Source: an uncultured delta proteobacterium
GTDB lineage: Bacteria > Myxococcota > Myxococcia > Myxococcales > Anaeromyxobacteraceae
Reading direction: 5' to 3'
NCBI GenBank assembly: GCA_963736795.1
Contig: CAVTRF010000021.1
Location: 149,364 to 173,363 of the forward strand
Length of the DNA stretch: 24,000 nucleotides
In this document: piece by piece, positions 1-8,703 of the stretch
How positions within the stretch are numbered: position 1 is the first letter of the stretch
How the letters are laid out: each line of letters opens with the position of its first letter
Program-made: the position numbers and the translations under genes
The notes under the pieces: generated by a model
Database searches by the model: none
Told to the model about the DNA's origin: nothing
The model's input: only the letters and a program-made list of their open reading frames with translations

Positions 1-1
1 G

Positions 2-511
2 GTGCTCGGGCGCGAGGACATGACGCTCGCCGACCTGGCCGTCCCCGGGACCCCCGAGATCCACTTCGAGCCCGAGGAGCGCCCGCTCCTCGTCGTCCCC
101 GGGCGGCTCGCCGTCGGCGAGGGGAAGCCGGACGAGCTGAACCGCGGGCGCATGCGCGTGAACGTCGCCTTCACGCTCCCGCCGGGCGCGTACGCGACGC
201 TCGTCGTGAAGCGGCTCTTCCACTGGACGCTCGAGCCCGGGATGGCGAAGCGCCGCGCCGCCGACGGCGGCCCCCGCGCCCGCGGGCGGGCGTCGGGCCT
301 CGCCGCAGCGGCGGCCGCTCCGCGCGAGATCGCGCCGGGGACGAGCCTGCCCCAGGGCGACATGCCGGTCCTCCCGCCCGCGCCGGCGGCCGCGCCCCCC
401 GCGCCCCAGGAGCCGCGCGGGTTTCTCGCGCGAAAGCGCGCCGAGAAGGAGGCGCGGAAGGTCCGGCGCGAGGCCGCCAAGCCCGGCCGCAAGAACGCGC
501 CCCGTTCGTGA
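2..511 (+). CDS. tRNA pseudouridine synthase D (TruD)-like protein, C-terminal fragment; the 5' end is outside the window
   Basis: The frame-2 ORF is open to the window edge. The block RMRVNVAFTLPPGAYATLVVKRLF resembles the conserved C-terminal F-x-L-P-x-G-x-Y-A-T region of TruD-family enzymes (recognised from memory, no search). It is followed by a ~90 aa Ala/Pro/Arg/Lys-rich tail before the TGA at 509-511. Confidence 0.5.
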   Translation: MLGREDMTLADLAVPGTPEIHFEPEERPLLVVPGRLAVGEGKPDELNRGRMRVNVAFTLPPGAYATLVVKRLFHWTLEPGMAKRRAADGGPRARGRASGLAAAAAAPREIAPGTSLPQGDMPVLPPAPAAAPPAPQEPRGFLARKRAEKEARKVRREAAKPGRKNAPRS

Positions 512-544
512 CTTCTTACTAAGCGTCACATTCCGCCGTACTCT

Positions 545-576
545 GGAGGCCCGCGCGGCTGACCCGCGCGGCCTCC
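545..576 (+). terminator. GC-rich stem-loop downstream of the TruD-like gene (terminator-like, no U-tract)
   Basis: GGAGGCC(C)GCGCGG-ctgac-CCGCGCGGCCTCC forms a 13 bp G/C stem with one bulged C, about 35 nt after the stop codon. It is followed by GGGGGCCGG rather than a T-run. Confidence 0.45.
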
Positions 577-586
577 GGGGGCCGGA

Positions 587-2497
587 ATGACCTACGCAGC
601 GAGCATCGCCCTGATGTCCTCGGGGATCGCCTGCTACGTGGCCGCGCTGAGCGTGCAGTTCTCGCGCGCTCCGGGCTGGCGCGATCAGCGCTACTTCTCG
701 CTCGCGGCGTTCGCCGCCGCGGCGTTCGCGGCGCTGAACGTGCCGACGGTCGCGCCGGTCCTCTCGGACGGGGCGGTCGTGCTCACGACGCGCATCCAGC
801 TCGCCCTCGTCGCGCTGCACGTCGTTCGCCTGGGTGCGCTACTCGAGCGTCCTCGTCGGCAGGCCGGGATCCCGGCTCGACCGGTACCTCGTCTGGGTCC
901 TCGCGACGATCGCAGCGGGCGCCGCGCTACCGGCCGCGTACTACACCGGGGCGGTCCGGCTGGACGTGATCGAGCGCCTCGCCTACTCGTGCCGCACCGC
1001 GATCACCACGCCGCTCGGCGACGCGGCGTACGTCGTCGCGCTCTCGCTCGTCCTGGTGCCGACCGCGCGGTTCGCCCGGGCGTGGCGCCAGGGGATCGCG
1101 AACGCCGGGGTGCAGTTCCTCACGCTCGCGTTCCTGATCGTGCTCGCCGTGAACGACCTCCTCGTCATGGCCGGCGTGTACCGGAGCCCGTACCTCTCCG
1201 ATGTCGCCTTCCTCCTGCCGATCGCGGCGGTCGGGTACGTGCTCACCACCCGCTTCGTCGAGGACTCACGCGCTCACGAGGCCCTGCGGCGCGATCTCGA
1301 GCACCAGGTGGCGGAGCGGACCGCGGAGCTCGGCCAGGCGCAGGAGGCGCTGCACCGTGCCGAGAAGCTGGCGGCGCTCGGGCAGTTCGCCGCGGGCGTC
1401 GCCCACGAGGTCAACAACCCCGCGTGCGTCGTCAGCGCGAACCTCGCGTACATCGAGCAGATGGAGGGCGACGTGCTCACGTCCGAGGGCCGAGACGCGC
1501 TCAAGGAGTCGCTCCAGTCGATGCAGCGGATCGCCGCGATCGTGCGGCAGCTCCTCGACGCGGGGCGGCTCGCGGCGTCGCCGCACGAGCGGAAGGCCAT
1601 CCCGCTGCGGCCCCTCGTGGACGGCGCCGATCTCCGCGGTCCGCGCCCGCTTCGGCAAGCGCGTGCGGACGACGAACCTCGTCCCGGAGGGCGTCCACGC
1701 GTTCGGCCACGAGGGCGTGCTCGCCCAGGTCCTGGTGAACCTCGTCGCGAATGCGGTGCAGGCCGTCCCGGACCACCGGTCGGACGGGAACGTCTCGAAT
1801 CCGCGCCGAGGCGAGCGCCGGCCGTCGCGTCACCCTCGTCGTGGAGGACAACGGCGAGGGCATGGAGCCCGAGGTCCTGCGCCGCGTGTTCGAGCCGTTC
1901 TTCACCACGAAGCCGTTCGGCATCGGCACGGGGCTCGGGCTCGCGGTATCACGTGGCCTCGTCCTGAGCCTCGACGGCGACCTTCGCCTCGAGAGCACTC
2001 CCCGCGTCGGCACGCGGGCGTTCGTGGGGCTGGCGCTCGCCAGGCGCCCCACGCCGGCGCCGGGGCGGCGTGAGGTGGCGCGGCGCTCCACCGAGCGGCA
2101 GGACCGGATCCTCATCGTCGACGACGAGGCCCCCGTCCTCACGTCGATCCGCCGGGTCCTCGAGCCGCAGTACCGGGTCGCGCTCGCGTCCGGCGTGGAG
2201 GAGGGGCTCTCGCGCATCGACCAGGCGACCTTCGACCTCGTGCTCTGCGACGTGATGATGCCGGGCGGGGGCGCCGAGCGGCTCTACCGGACCCTGCTCG
2301 GCCGCGCCCCCGCCGTGGCGCAGCGCCTCATCTTCTTCACCGGCGGCGCCGTGACCGATCAGGCGCGCGAGTTCCTCGGAAGCCAGCCGCAGCCCGTGCT
2401 CTACAAGCCGCTCGATCTCGAGCAGTTCGCGCGGATCGCCGAGCGGATGTGCGGTGGCGCTCGTGGCGGCGTCCCCGGCCGAGAAACGCTGACCTGA
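587..2497 (+). pseudogene. Hybrid sensor histidine kinase / response-regulator receiver, readable only across three +1 frame breaks
   Basis: Frame 2 (587 to ~826) encodes the TM N-terminus MTYAASIALMSSGIACYVAALSV...LALVALHVV. Frame 3 (~828 to ~1628) encodes more TM helices, a coiled linker and the HisKA H-box AAGVAHEVNNPACVV. Frame 1 (~1630 to ~1794) encodes the N-box GVLAQVLVNLVANAVQAV. Frame 2 (~1796-2497) encodes G1 VVEDNGEGM, F-box FEPFFTTKP, G2 GTGLGLAVS, then the receiver ILIVDDE ... LVLCDVMMPG ... YKPL. The breaks are at about 824-828, 1626-1630 and 1792-1797. Confidence 0.8.
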
Positions 2498-2695
2498 CGT
2501 CCCGCCGCCCCGCGCGAGCGGCGAGCCTCGCTCCGCATTCGCGGGGTCGCGCCCCGCTTGCTGGACCGCGCAGGCGATCCGAGCCCCGCTCACACCGCCA
2601 GCGAAGCTGACTGGGAGTGTCAGAGGGGGTGCATAGCGTCGCTCACCGCCCCGATCCCGGGATCGGCTCCGCCGCCCCCGCGGCGAGGAGGACGC

Positions 2696-3916
2696 ATGGA
2701 CCTGTTCGAGAAGTGCTCGCACCTCCATCCCGTCGTCGAGCTGATGAATGGAGGGTTCCGCGCCTATTACCGCGTGCTCGAGTCCGCGCCCGACGCCGAG
2801 GTGATGGTCGAGGGGCGTCGGATGGTCATGCTCGGCTCCAACAACTACCTCGGGCTCGCGAACGATCCGCGCGTGAAGCGCGCGGCGATCGAGGCGGTCG
2901 AGGCGTTTGGCACCGGGACCACCGGGGCCCGCGTCCTCAACGGAACGCTCGAGCTGCACACGGAGGTCGAGCGGAGGCTCGCGCGCTTCCTCCGGCGCGA
3001 CGCGGCGATCTTCTTCACCTCCGGCTACATGGCGAACCTCGGCGTCATCTCCTCGCTCGCCGGCCGCGGGGACGTCGTCGTCGTCGATCGCGAGGCGCAC
3101 GCGTCGATCCTCGACGGGGCCAAGCTCTCCTTCGCCGAGGTGAAGCGGTTCCGGCACAACGACGTGAAGGACCTCGAGCGGGTGCTGGAGAGCGGTGGCG
3201 GGTCCGGAATGCTCGTCGCGGTGGACGGGATCTACTCGATGACGGGGGAGCTCGCGCCGCTGCCGCGCATCGTCGAGGCCTGCCGCAGGCACGGCGCCCG
3301 CCTGCTGGTCGACGACGCGCACGGGCTCGGCGTGCTCGGGCGAGACGGTCGCGGTGTCGCCGAGCACTTCGGGCTCGAGGACGAGATCGACGTGATCGTC
3401 GGGACGACGAGCAAGTCGCTCCCCGCGGTCGGCGGCTTCGCCGCGGCCCAGCAGCCCGTGATCGACTACCTGCGCCTCTCGACGACGAACCGGCCGTTCT
3501 TCTTCGCGGCGTCCGCGCCACCACCGGCGCTCGCGGCCGTCCTCGCCGCGCTCGACGTGGTCGAGCAGGAACCTTCGCTCCGCCGCAGGCTGTGGGCGAC
3601 CACGCGCCGGTTCCTTCACGCCGTCCGGGGCATGGGGTTCGACGCGGGGAACTCGCAGACGCCCATCGTCCCGATCACGGTCGGCAGCATCGAGCGCACC
3701 TTCGAGATGTGGAAGGGGCTGAACGAGGCGGGCATCTTCGTGAACGTCGTCCTGCCGCCCGCCGTCCCGGCCGGGAGCTGCCTCATCCGCATGACCGTGA
3801 CCGCCGCGCACACCGACGAGCAGATCGACCGGGTGATCGAGGCGCTGGAGCGGATCGGCGCTCGGCTCGGGCTCATCCCGGGCACCGGACGCGTGCGCGA
3901 GGAGAGATCGAGGTGA
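2696..3916 (+). CDS. PLP-dependent alpha-oxoamine synthase family protein (serine palmitoyltransferase-like / 8-amino-7-oxononanoate synthase-like)
   Basis: ATG at 2696 is preceded by GGAGGA at 2685-2690. Family blocks are present: MLGSNNYLGL, FTSGYMANLG, RFRHND, VDGIYSMTGE, LVDDAHGLGVLG and the PLP-lysine context VGTTSKSL. The overall layout matches SPT/BioF/KBL enzymes. The upstream extension of the ORF to 2558 looks non-coding. Confidence 0.85.
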   Translation: MDLFEKCSHLHPVVELMNGGFRAYYRVLESAPDAEVMVEGRRMVMLGSNNYLGLANDPRVKRAAIEAVEAFGTGTTGARVLNGTLELHTEVERRLARFLRRDAAIFFTSGYMANLGVISSLAGRGDVVVVDREAHASILDGAKLSFAEVKRFRHNDVKDLERVLESGGGSGMLVAVDGIYSMTGELAPLPRIVEACRRHGARLLVDDAHGLGVLGRDGRGVAEHFGLEDEIDVIVGTTSKSLPAVGGFAAAQQPVIDYLRLSTTNRPFFFAASAPPPALAAVLAALDVVEQEPSLRRRLWATTRRFLHAVRGMGFDAGNSQTPIVPITVGSIERTFEMWKGLNEAGIFVNVVLPPAVPAGSCLIRMTVTAAHTDEQIDRVIEALERIGARLGLIPGTGRVREERSR

Positions 3917-3938
3917 AGCGGGCCGGGTGAGGCCGAGC

Positions 3939-3996
3939 GACTTGGACTTGGACTTGGACTTGGACTTGGACTTGGACTTGGACTTGGACTTGGACG
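3939..3996. repeat. Perfect hexanucleotide tandem array, 9 full CTTGGA/GGACTT units plus partial flanks
   Basis: Counted directly: CTTGGA units at 3941, 3947, 3953, 3959, 3965, 3971, 3977, 3983 and 3989 with no mismatch. The array lies in the gap between convergent genes ending at 3916 (+) and 4044 (-). Confidence 0.97.
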
Positions 3997-4008
3997 ATTG
4001 GACGAATC

Positions 4009-4026
4009 GACCAAGACCAAGACCAA
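4009..4026. repeat. (GACCAA)x3 tandem array, second arm of the 3939-4030 repeat element
   Basis: GACCAA occurs at 4009, 4015 and 4021. It is separated from the (GGACTT)n arm by cgattggacgaatc. CTTGGACTTGG can pair with CCAAGACCAAG as an 11 bp stem with one A-A mismatch. Confidence 0.9.
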
Positions 4027-4043
4027 GTTGACGTCGGTCGGCC

Positions 4044-4520
4044 TCAACTGGGCCGCGGATCGGCCCACTCCCAGAGCGCCGCGCGATCGTCGGCGAGCGC
4101 CTGCAGCAGCGCGGCGACCACCACGACGTCCACCTCCGGCGGCACGTCGAGCGCGACGAGCTTCGGCCGCAGCACCTCGTGCGTGCAGCCGAGCTCGAGC
4201 AGCCGTTCGAGGAGTCCCTGAACCGCGGCGTCCGCGACCTCCACCGCGGGGTCGAGGGCCATCCGCAGCGTCCGGTGGCCGCCCTTCTCGATCACGTCCT
4301 CGAGCCGGGGCGCCTCCTCGCCGGCAACCTCGACCGCGTGCACCACGTCGTCGCGCGAGACGCCGTACGCGAAGAACGGGCAGCTCTCGATCCGGTAGCG
4401 GCCGCTGCCGAGCGACTCCGCCCAGAGCCAGTCGTCGGGAGGCGTGCCCGAGCGCGGCCCCGACTCGAGCGGGACGCGGATCCGGACGAGCGCCTCTGCG
4501 GTCTCCTGCTCGGTGGCCAT
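4044..4520 (-). CDS. DUF4265-like hypothetical protein
   Basis: This is a 158 aa ORF with low-Arg, non-junk composition. The N-terminal half (DDWLWAESLGSGRYRIESCPFFAYGVSRDDVV) and the GGHRTLRM block resemble the DUF4265 family as I remember it. GAGGGGA lies upstream of the ATG at 4520. Confidence 0.6.
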   Translation of the reverse strand: MATEQETAEALVRIRVPLESGPRSGTPPDDWLWAESLGSGRYRIESCPFFAYGVSRDDVVHAVEVAGEEAPRLEDVIEKGGHRTLRMALDPAVEVADAAVQGLLERLLELGCTHEVLRPKLVALDVPPEVDVVVVAALLQALADDRAALWEWADPRPS

Positions 4521-4637
4521 CGGGGTTCCCCTCGCCGTGAATCTACCCGGGACCGCGCCCGACCGCGACGGCTCCGGAGAGGCGCTCCCGCGGAGCCCGC
4601 CCGGGTGCGCGCACGCGCGCGAGCTACCCTCGCGGGG

Positions 4638-5414
4638 TCACCGCATCTGGGTGAGGCGCGCCGCGATGGCGTCCGCGAGATCGGCCCCGGTGTACCGCGC
4701 CGGCTCGACCTCCGGTGTGAGCCCGGCCGCGCGGAGCGCCTCCGAGGTCGTCGGCCCGATGGCGGCCAGCACGACGTCTCGCAGGAGAGCGGCACGCTCG
4801 CCGAGCCCGCCGACGACCGCCTTCACCGCGGACGGCGAGGCAAACGCGACGGCGGACACCTCCCCCGCCTCGAGCCAGGCCGCGAGCGGCCGGATCGCCT
4901 CTGCCGGCGCGGCGAGCGTGCGGTAGGCCTCGACGGCGACCACCTCGGCACCCGCCGCGACGAGGCCGTCGAGGAGCTCGGGCCGTCCCTCCGCCGGGCG
5001 CGGCAGGAGGACGCGGCGGCCGCGGACCCGCGCCGCGAGCGCGGCCGCCATCGCCGCCCCCTTCGACTCGGCGGGGACGAGGTCGGGCTCGCGGACGGTG
5101 CGGGCGAGCCGCTCCGCGGTGGCGGGTCCGACCGCGGCCAGCGAGAGCCGCGCGAGCGCCGCCGCCGGCAGGCCGAGCGCGGCGAGCCGCTCCACCGTTC
5201 GCTCGACCGCGGTCGCGCTCGCGAACACGGCCCAGTCGAAGCGGGCGAGGTCGCGAAGGGCCGCGTCGAGCGGCGCCGGGTCGGACGGCGGCGCGAACGC
5301 GATGGAGGGGATCTCGCGGACCTCGGCGCCGAGGTCGCGCAGCCGCGCCGCGAGCGCGTCCTCGCCGGCCCGGCTGCGGGTGACGACGACGGTCCGGCGG
5401 TCGAGGCGCGGCAC
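4638..5414 (-). CDS. hemD: Uroporphyrinogen-III synthase
   Basis: RTVVVTRSRAGEDALAARLRDLGAEVREIPSIAF and the two-lobed HemD-like layout (AFASPSAVKA, AAIGPTTSEAL) are present, directly downstream of hemC. The start is taken as the GTG at 5414, just after the hemC stop. The ORF extension to 5666 overlaps hemC and is rejected. The exact start is uncertain. Confidence 0.8.
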   Translation of the reverse strand: MPRLDRRTVVVTRSRAGEDALAARLRDLGAEVREIPSIAFAPPSDPAPLDAALRDLARFDWAVFASATAVERTVERLAALGLPAAALARLSLAAVGPATAERLARTVREPDLVPAESKGAAMAAALAARVRGRRVLLPRPAEGRPELLDGLVAAGAEVVAVEAYRTLAAPAEAIRPLAAWLEAGEVSAVAFASPSAVKAVVGGLGERAALLRDVVLAAIGPTTSEALRAAGLTPEVEPARYTGADLADAIAARLTQMR

Positions 5415-5428
5415 CGGGGAGCCCTGGA

Positions 5429-6376
5429 TCAGCTCCGCTTCGGCGCGGCGAGGCCGGGGGCCTTCCCCTCGCACGCGCGCAGGATCTCGCCCGCGCCCTT
5501 CGAGAGCAGCTCCTCGGCGAGCGCCTCCCCCATGGCGCGCGCCCCGGCGAGCGGAGCGCGCCGCTCCCCGCGGATGACCTGCAGGCCGTCGAGCGACGCG
5601 ACGAGCGCGCGGAGGATGACGTCCGGGCCCTCGACGCGGGCGTGGCCGGCGATCGGAACCTGGCACCCGCCCTCGATGCGGGCGAGGAACCCGCGCTCCG
5701 CCTCGGTGCGCACGCGGGTCTCGGGGTGCTCGAGCGCGGCGAGCCGCTTCAGGGTCGCCGGGTCGTCCGCGCGCGCCTCGAGCGCGAGCGCGCCCTGCGC
5801 GACCGCCGGCAGCATCTCGTCGACCGAGAGGACGTGGGTCGCGTGCTCGGCGAGCCCGAGGCGGCGCAGGCCGGCGTAGGCGAGGACCACCGCGTCGAGC
5901 CCCTCGGACGCCTTGCGGAGCCGGGTCTCGACGTTGCCGCGCACCATGTGGAGCTCGAGGTCGGGGCGGAGCGCCTTGAGCTGCGCGCCGCGGCGGAGCG
6001 AGGAGGTACCGACCTTCGCGCCCTTCGGGAGCCGGTCGAGGGTCTTCCAGCGCGGGGAGCAGAGCGCGTCGCGCGGGTCCTCCCGCTCGGGCACCGCCCC
6101 GATGACGAGGCCGGGCGCGAGCAGGGCGGGCAGGTCCTTCATCGAGTGGACGGCGATCTCGGCGTCGCGCGCGAGGAGCGCGTCCTCGATCTCCTTCACG
6201 AACAGCCCCTTGCCGCCGACGTCGGCGAGCGGGACGTCGAGGATCTTGTCACCCCGGGTCACGAGCTCGTGCAGGCGCACGTCGAGCCCCGGCTCGCCGT
6301 CGCGGAGCAGGGAGGCGACGTGGTTCGCCTGCCACTTGGCGAGCGGGCTGCGGCGGGTCGCGATGCGGATCGTCAT
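5429..6376 (-). CDS. hemC: Hydroxymethylbilane synthase (porphobilinogen deaminase)
   Basis: MTIRIATRRSPLAKWQANHV, GDKILDVPLADVGGKGLFVKEIE, HSMKDLP, GTSSLRRGAQL, RGNVETRL and GGCQVPIAGHA give a full-length match to the HemC family pattern. Confidence 0.95.
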   Translation of the reverse strand: MTIRIATRRSPLAKWQANHVASLLRDGEPGLDVRLHELVTRGDKILDVPLADVGGKGLFVKEIEDALLARDAEIAVHSMKDLPALLAPGLVIGAVPEREDPRDALCSPRWKTLDRLPKGAKVGTSSLRRGAQLKALRPDLELHMVRGNVETRLRKASEGLDAVVLAYAGLRRLGLAEHATHVLSVDEMLPAVAQGALALEARADDPATLKRLAALEHPETRVRTEAERGFLARIEGGCQVPIAGHARVEGPDVILRALVASLDGLQVIRGERRAPLAGARAMGEALAEELLSKGAGEILRACEGKAPGLAAPKRS

Positions 6377-6402
6377 GTGCGTTCGAAGCCTTTCGGGAAG
6401 CT

Positions 6403-7767
6403 CTAGGTGCGCTCGGAGGAGGCGACGGCGTGCGGCGCGCCGCCGGGATCTGCGCCGTGGGACGGCTCGGCGCCTTGCGGCCGGGCGCGCGCGTCGCGCT
6501 CCGGGGTCCGCGTCTCGCCGTTCTCGAGGCCGAACAGCTCGGCGGCTGCGCCGGCGAGGGCGCCGTCACCGGACGAGGCGGCCTCCTTGAGGCGCGCGGT
6601 CGGCCCGTGCAGGAGCTTGTTCACGATGGCCTGCGCCATCGCCTCGACGGACCGGCGCCCCTTCTCGTCGAGCTTGGCGCCGACCTGGGACAGCGTCCGC
6701 TCGGCCTCGGCGCGGGCGATCGCCTCGGCGCGGCTGCGAAGCTGGGCGAGCACCGGCAGCGCGGCGCGGGTCTCCCGCTCGCGGGCGAAGGCGAGGACCT
6801 CGACCTCGACGATCGCCTCCGCGCGGAGCCCCTCGCCGCGGCGCGCCTCGTGCGTCGACTCGACGACCTTCGCGAGGTCGTCCACGTCATAGGCGAAGAC
6901 GTCGCCGAGGTTGCCGCAGGCTGGGTCGACGTTGCGCGGGACCGCGAGGTCGATGAGGCAGATGGAGCGGTGACGCCGCGCCTTCATGGCCTTCTCGAGC
7001 ATCTCGCGGGTGAGCACGTAGGTCGGCGCGCCGGTCGAGACGATGACGACGTCCGCCTCGGCGAGCAGGTGCTGCAGCTCCTCCCAGCTCCGGAAGTTCC
7101 CGTTCACCTGCTCCGCGAGGGCGAGGCCCCGCTCGGGCGAGCGGTTCGTCACGAGGATGCGGTCGGCGCCGAGCACCGCGAGCGCCTTGGCCGAGAGCGC
7201 GCCCATCTTGCCGGCGCCCGCGAGCAGGATCGAGCGACCCTTCAGATCGCCGAAGATCTTCTCGACGAGCTCGACCGCGACCTGGGACATCGACGTCGCG
7301 CCGCGCCCGATGTCCGTCTCGGTGCGGACCCGCTTCGCGGTCGCGAAGGCCCGGTTGCACAGGCGCGAGAAGAACGAGCCGGCCGCCTGCGCCGCGCTCG
7401 CGAGGCCGTAGGCCTCCTTCACCTGGCCGAGGATCTGCTGCTCCCCGACGACCATCGAGTCGAGGCTCGCCGAGACGCGGAAGAGGTGGCGGATCGCCTC
7501 CACGCCGGTCTTCACGTACAGGTGATCGGCCGCCTCCGGGGATCGCGCCGTGAAGAACCGGCGCGCCGCCTCGTCCGTGCTGGCCTGGACGTAGACCTCG
7601 ACGCGGTTGCAGGTCGAGATGACGAGCGCCTCGCGGACGCCCGCCCCTGCGCGCAGCTCGACGAGCGCTCCCTTGAGCGCGTCTCCGGAGAGCGCGACCC
7701 GCTCGCGGACGTCGATGGGCGCGCTCTTGTGCGAGAGCCCGACGAGGTAGACGTCCCGGACGCTCAC
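6403..7767 (-). CDS. hemA: Glutamyl-tRNA reductase
   Basis: [27 protein letters not shown], the NAD-binding site LLAGAGKMG and the dimerisation helix region are present. The GTG start at 7767 overlaps the upstream stop (GTGA at 7764-7767). The ORF extension to 7992 is Arg-rich junk. Confidence 0.95.
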   Translation of the reverse strand: MSVRDVYLVGLSHKSAPIDVRERVALSGDALKGALVELRAGAGVREALVISTCNRVEVYVQASTDEAARRFFTARSPEAADHLYVKTGVEAIRHLFRVSASLDSMVVGEQQILGQVKEAYGLASAAQAAGSFFSRLCNRAFATAKRVRTETDIGRGATSMSQVAVELVEKIFGDLKGRSILLAGAGKMGALSAKALAVLGADRILVTNRSPERGLALAEQVNGNFRSWEELQHLLAEADVVIVSTGAPTYVLTREMLEKAMKARRHRSICLIDLAVPRNVDPACGNLGDVFAYDVDDLAKVVESTHEARRGEGLRAEAIVEVEVLAFARERETRAALPVLAQLRSRAEAIARAEAERTLSQVGAKLDEKGRRSVEAMAQAIVNKLLHGPTARLKEAASSGDGALAGAAAELFGLENGETRTPERDARARPQGAEPSHGADPGGAPHAVASSERT

Positions 7768-8621
7768 TGGGCGCTCCCCGCCGGCGCCGTGGCGGTCCCG
7801 TAGTCGCCGGTGTGGCGCGTGATGCCGGGCACGGACTTCAGCGTCACCATCGACCCGAGCACGAGCACGAACCCGACCAGGGTGAGGAGCGCGTAGCGCC
7901 GGCCGTGCCAGCCGCTGTGGCGCAGCTGGACGAGGCCGCCGTAGAGGAGCCACACCGACGTCGAGACGATCTGCTGCGCGTCCCAGGTCCACGCGCTCTT
8001 CCAGACGGTCGTCGCGGTGATCGTCCCGGCGACGAGCGCGACCGAGTAGACGACGAAGCCGGCGCGGACGAGCCGCTGCACCATCCGGTCGAGCGCGTCG
8101 AGCGACGGCAGCCGCGAGAAGAGCGCGCCGAACTTCTTCCCCTTCACCTCGCGCTCCTGCAGGAGGTACATGAGCGCGGCGCCGAACGCGATGCCGAAGA
8201 GCGCGACCCCCAGGCCCGCCGCGATGATGTGGAGGGTGAGCGTCGGGTGGCGGATCGCGTCCGGCGGAAGCTCCGGGTGCCCCGGCGTCCCGAACAGCGC
8301 CGGCAGGAGCGTCACGAGCAGGAGCGGCGTGACGAACGCGCCCAGCGTCGGCAAGCGGTAGAAGCGCTGCAGGAGCAGGTACGCGCCGGCGGCGAGCCAG
8401 ACCATCAGGATGACGCCGCCGCGGACGCTGAAGAACTCGGCGCCGCCGAACTCGCTGCAGCCGACGCCGATCGCGACCGCGTGCACGACGAACGCGCCGG
8501 AGAGCAGCGCCGCGCCCCCCGTCGCGAGCCCCGCGTGCCGCGGCCGGGCGAAGTAGACGATGTACGCCGCGGTGGCGACCGCGTAGAGCGCGGCGGCGAT
8601 GCGGAGGATGATGACGCTCAT
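7764..8621 (-). CDS. Cytochrome c assembly (CcsA/HemX-like) polytopic membrane protein
   Basis: 285 aa and about 8 hydrophobic helices, with the Trp-rich block [21 protein letters not shown] resembling the CcsA-family WWD region. The position immediately upstream of hemA matches the hemX slot in hemAXCD-type operons. Confidence 0.7.
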   Translation of the reverse strand: MSVIILRIAAALYAVATAAYIVYFARPRHAGLATGGAALLSGAFVVHAVAIGVGCSEFGGAEFFSVRGGVILMVWLAAGAYLLLQRFYRLPTLGAFVTPLLLVTLLPALFGTPGHPELPPDAIRHPTLTLHIIAAGLGVALFGIAFGAALMYLLQEREVKGKKFGALFSRLPSLDALDRMVQRLVRAGFVVYSVALVAGTITATTVWKSAWTWDAQQIVSTSVWLLYGGLVQLRHSGWHGRRYALLTLVGFVLVLGSMVTLKSVPGITRHTGDYGTATAPAGSAQ

Positions 8622-8703
8622 GGCTGGTGGCTTCGTGCGGTGCGCGCCGGGCGGTCGAGCGGGCGCGGCTCCGAAGTCCCTTCGTGGTGGCGGGTGCGTT
8701 CGT

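Noticed and set aside
2600-2640. Sigma54-type promoter (TGG...TGCA) and CTGAC-n7-GTCAG inverted repeat upstream of the SPT-like gene
   Set aside because: The GG-to-GC spacing is about 18 nt instead of the required 12, and the 5 bp inverted repeat is too short to stand on its own.
1949-3811. 620 aa minus-strand ORF
   Set aside because: It is antisense to the kinase/receiver and the SPT-like gene. The sequence is Arg/Gly/Pro/Asp-rich junk with no recognisable motif, which is typical of shadow ORFs in GC-rich DNA.
3939-4030. Hexamer arrays as a CRISPR array or plasmid-type iterons
   Set aside because: The units are 6 bp and directly abutting with no spacers, so this is not a CRISPR array. Classical iterons are about 17-22 bp, and no rep/par genes are recognisable. 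Only a generic reiterated-binding-site idea is retained, for the 22184 array.
5415-5666. N-terminal extensions of hemD (to 5666), hemA (to 7992), rodA (to 10976), mreD (to 14153), the SPT-like gene (from 2558) and the DUF507 gene (to 23561)
   Set aside because: The extensions overlap the preceding genes or intergenic DNA and are Arg/Pro-rich junk. Conserved protein sequence begins at the shorter starts, several of which overlap the upstream stop codon.
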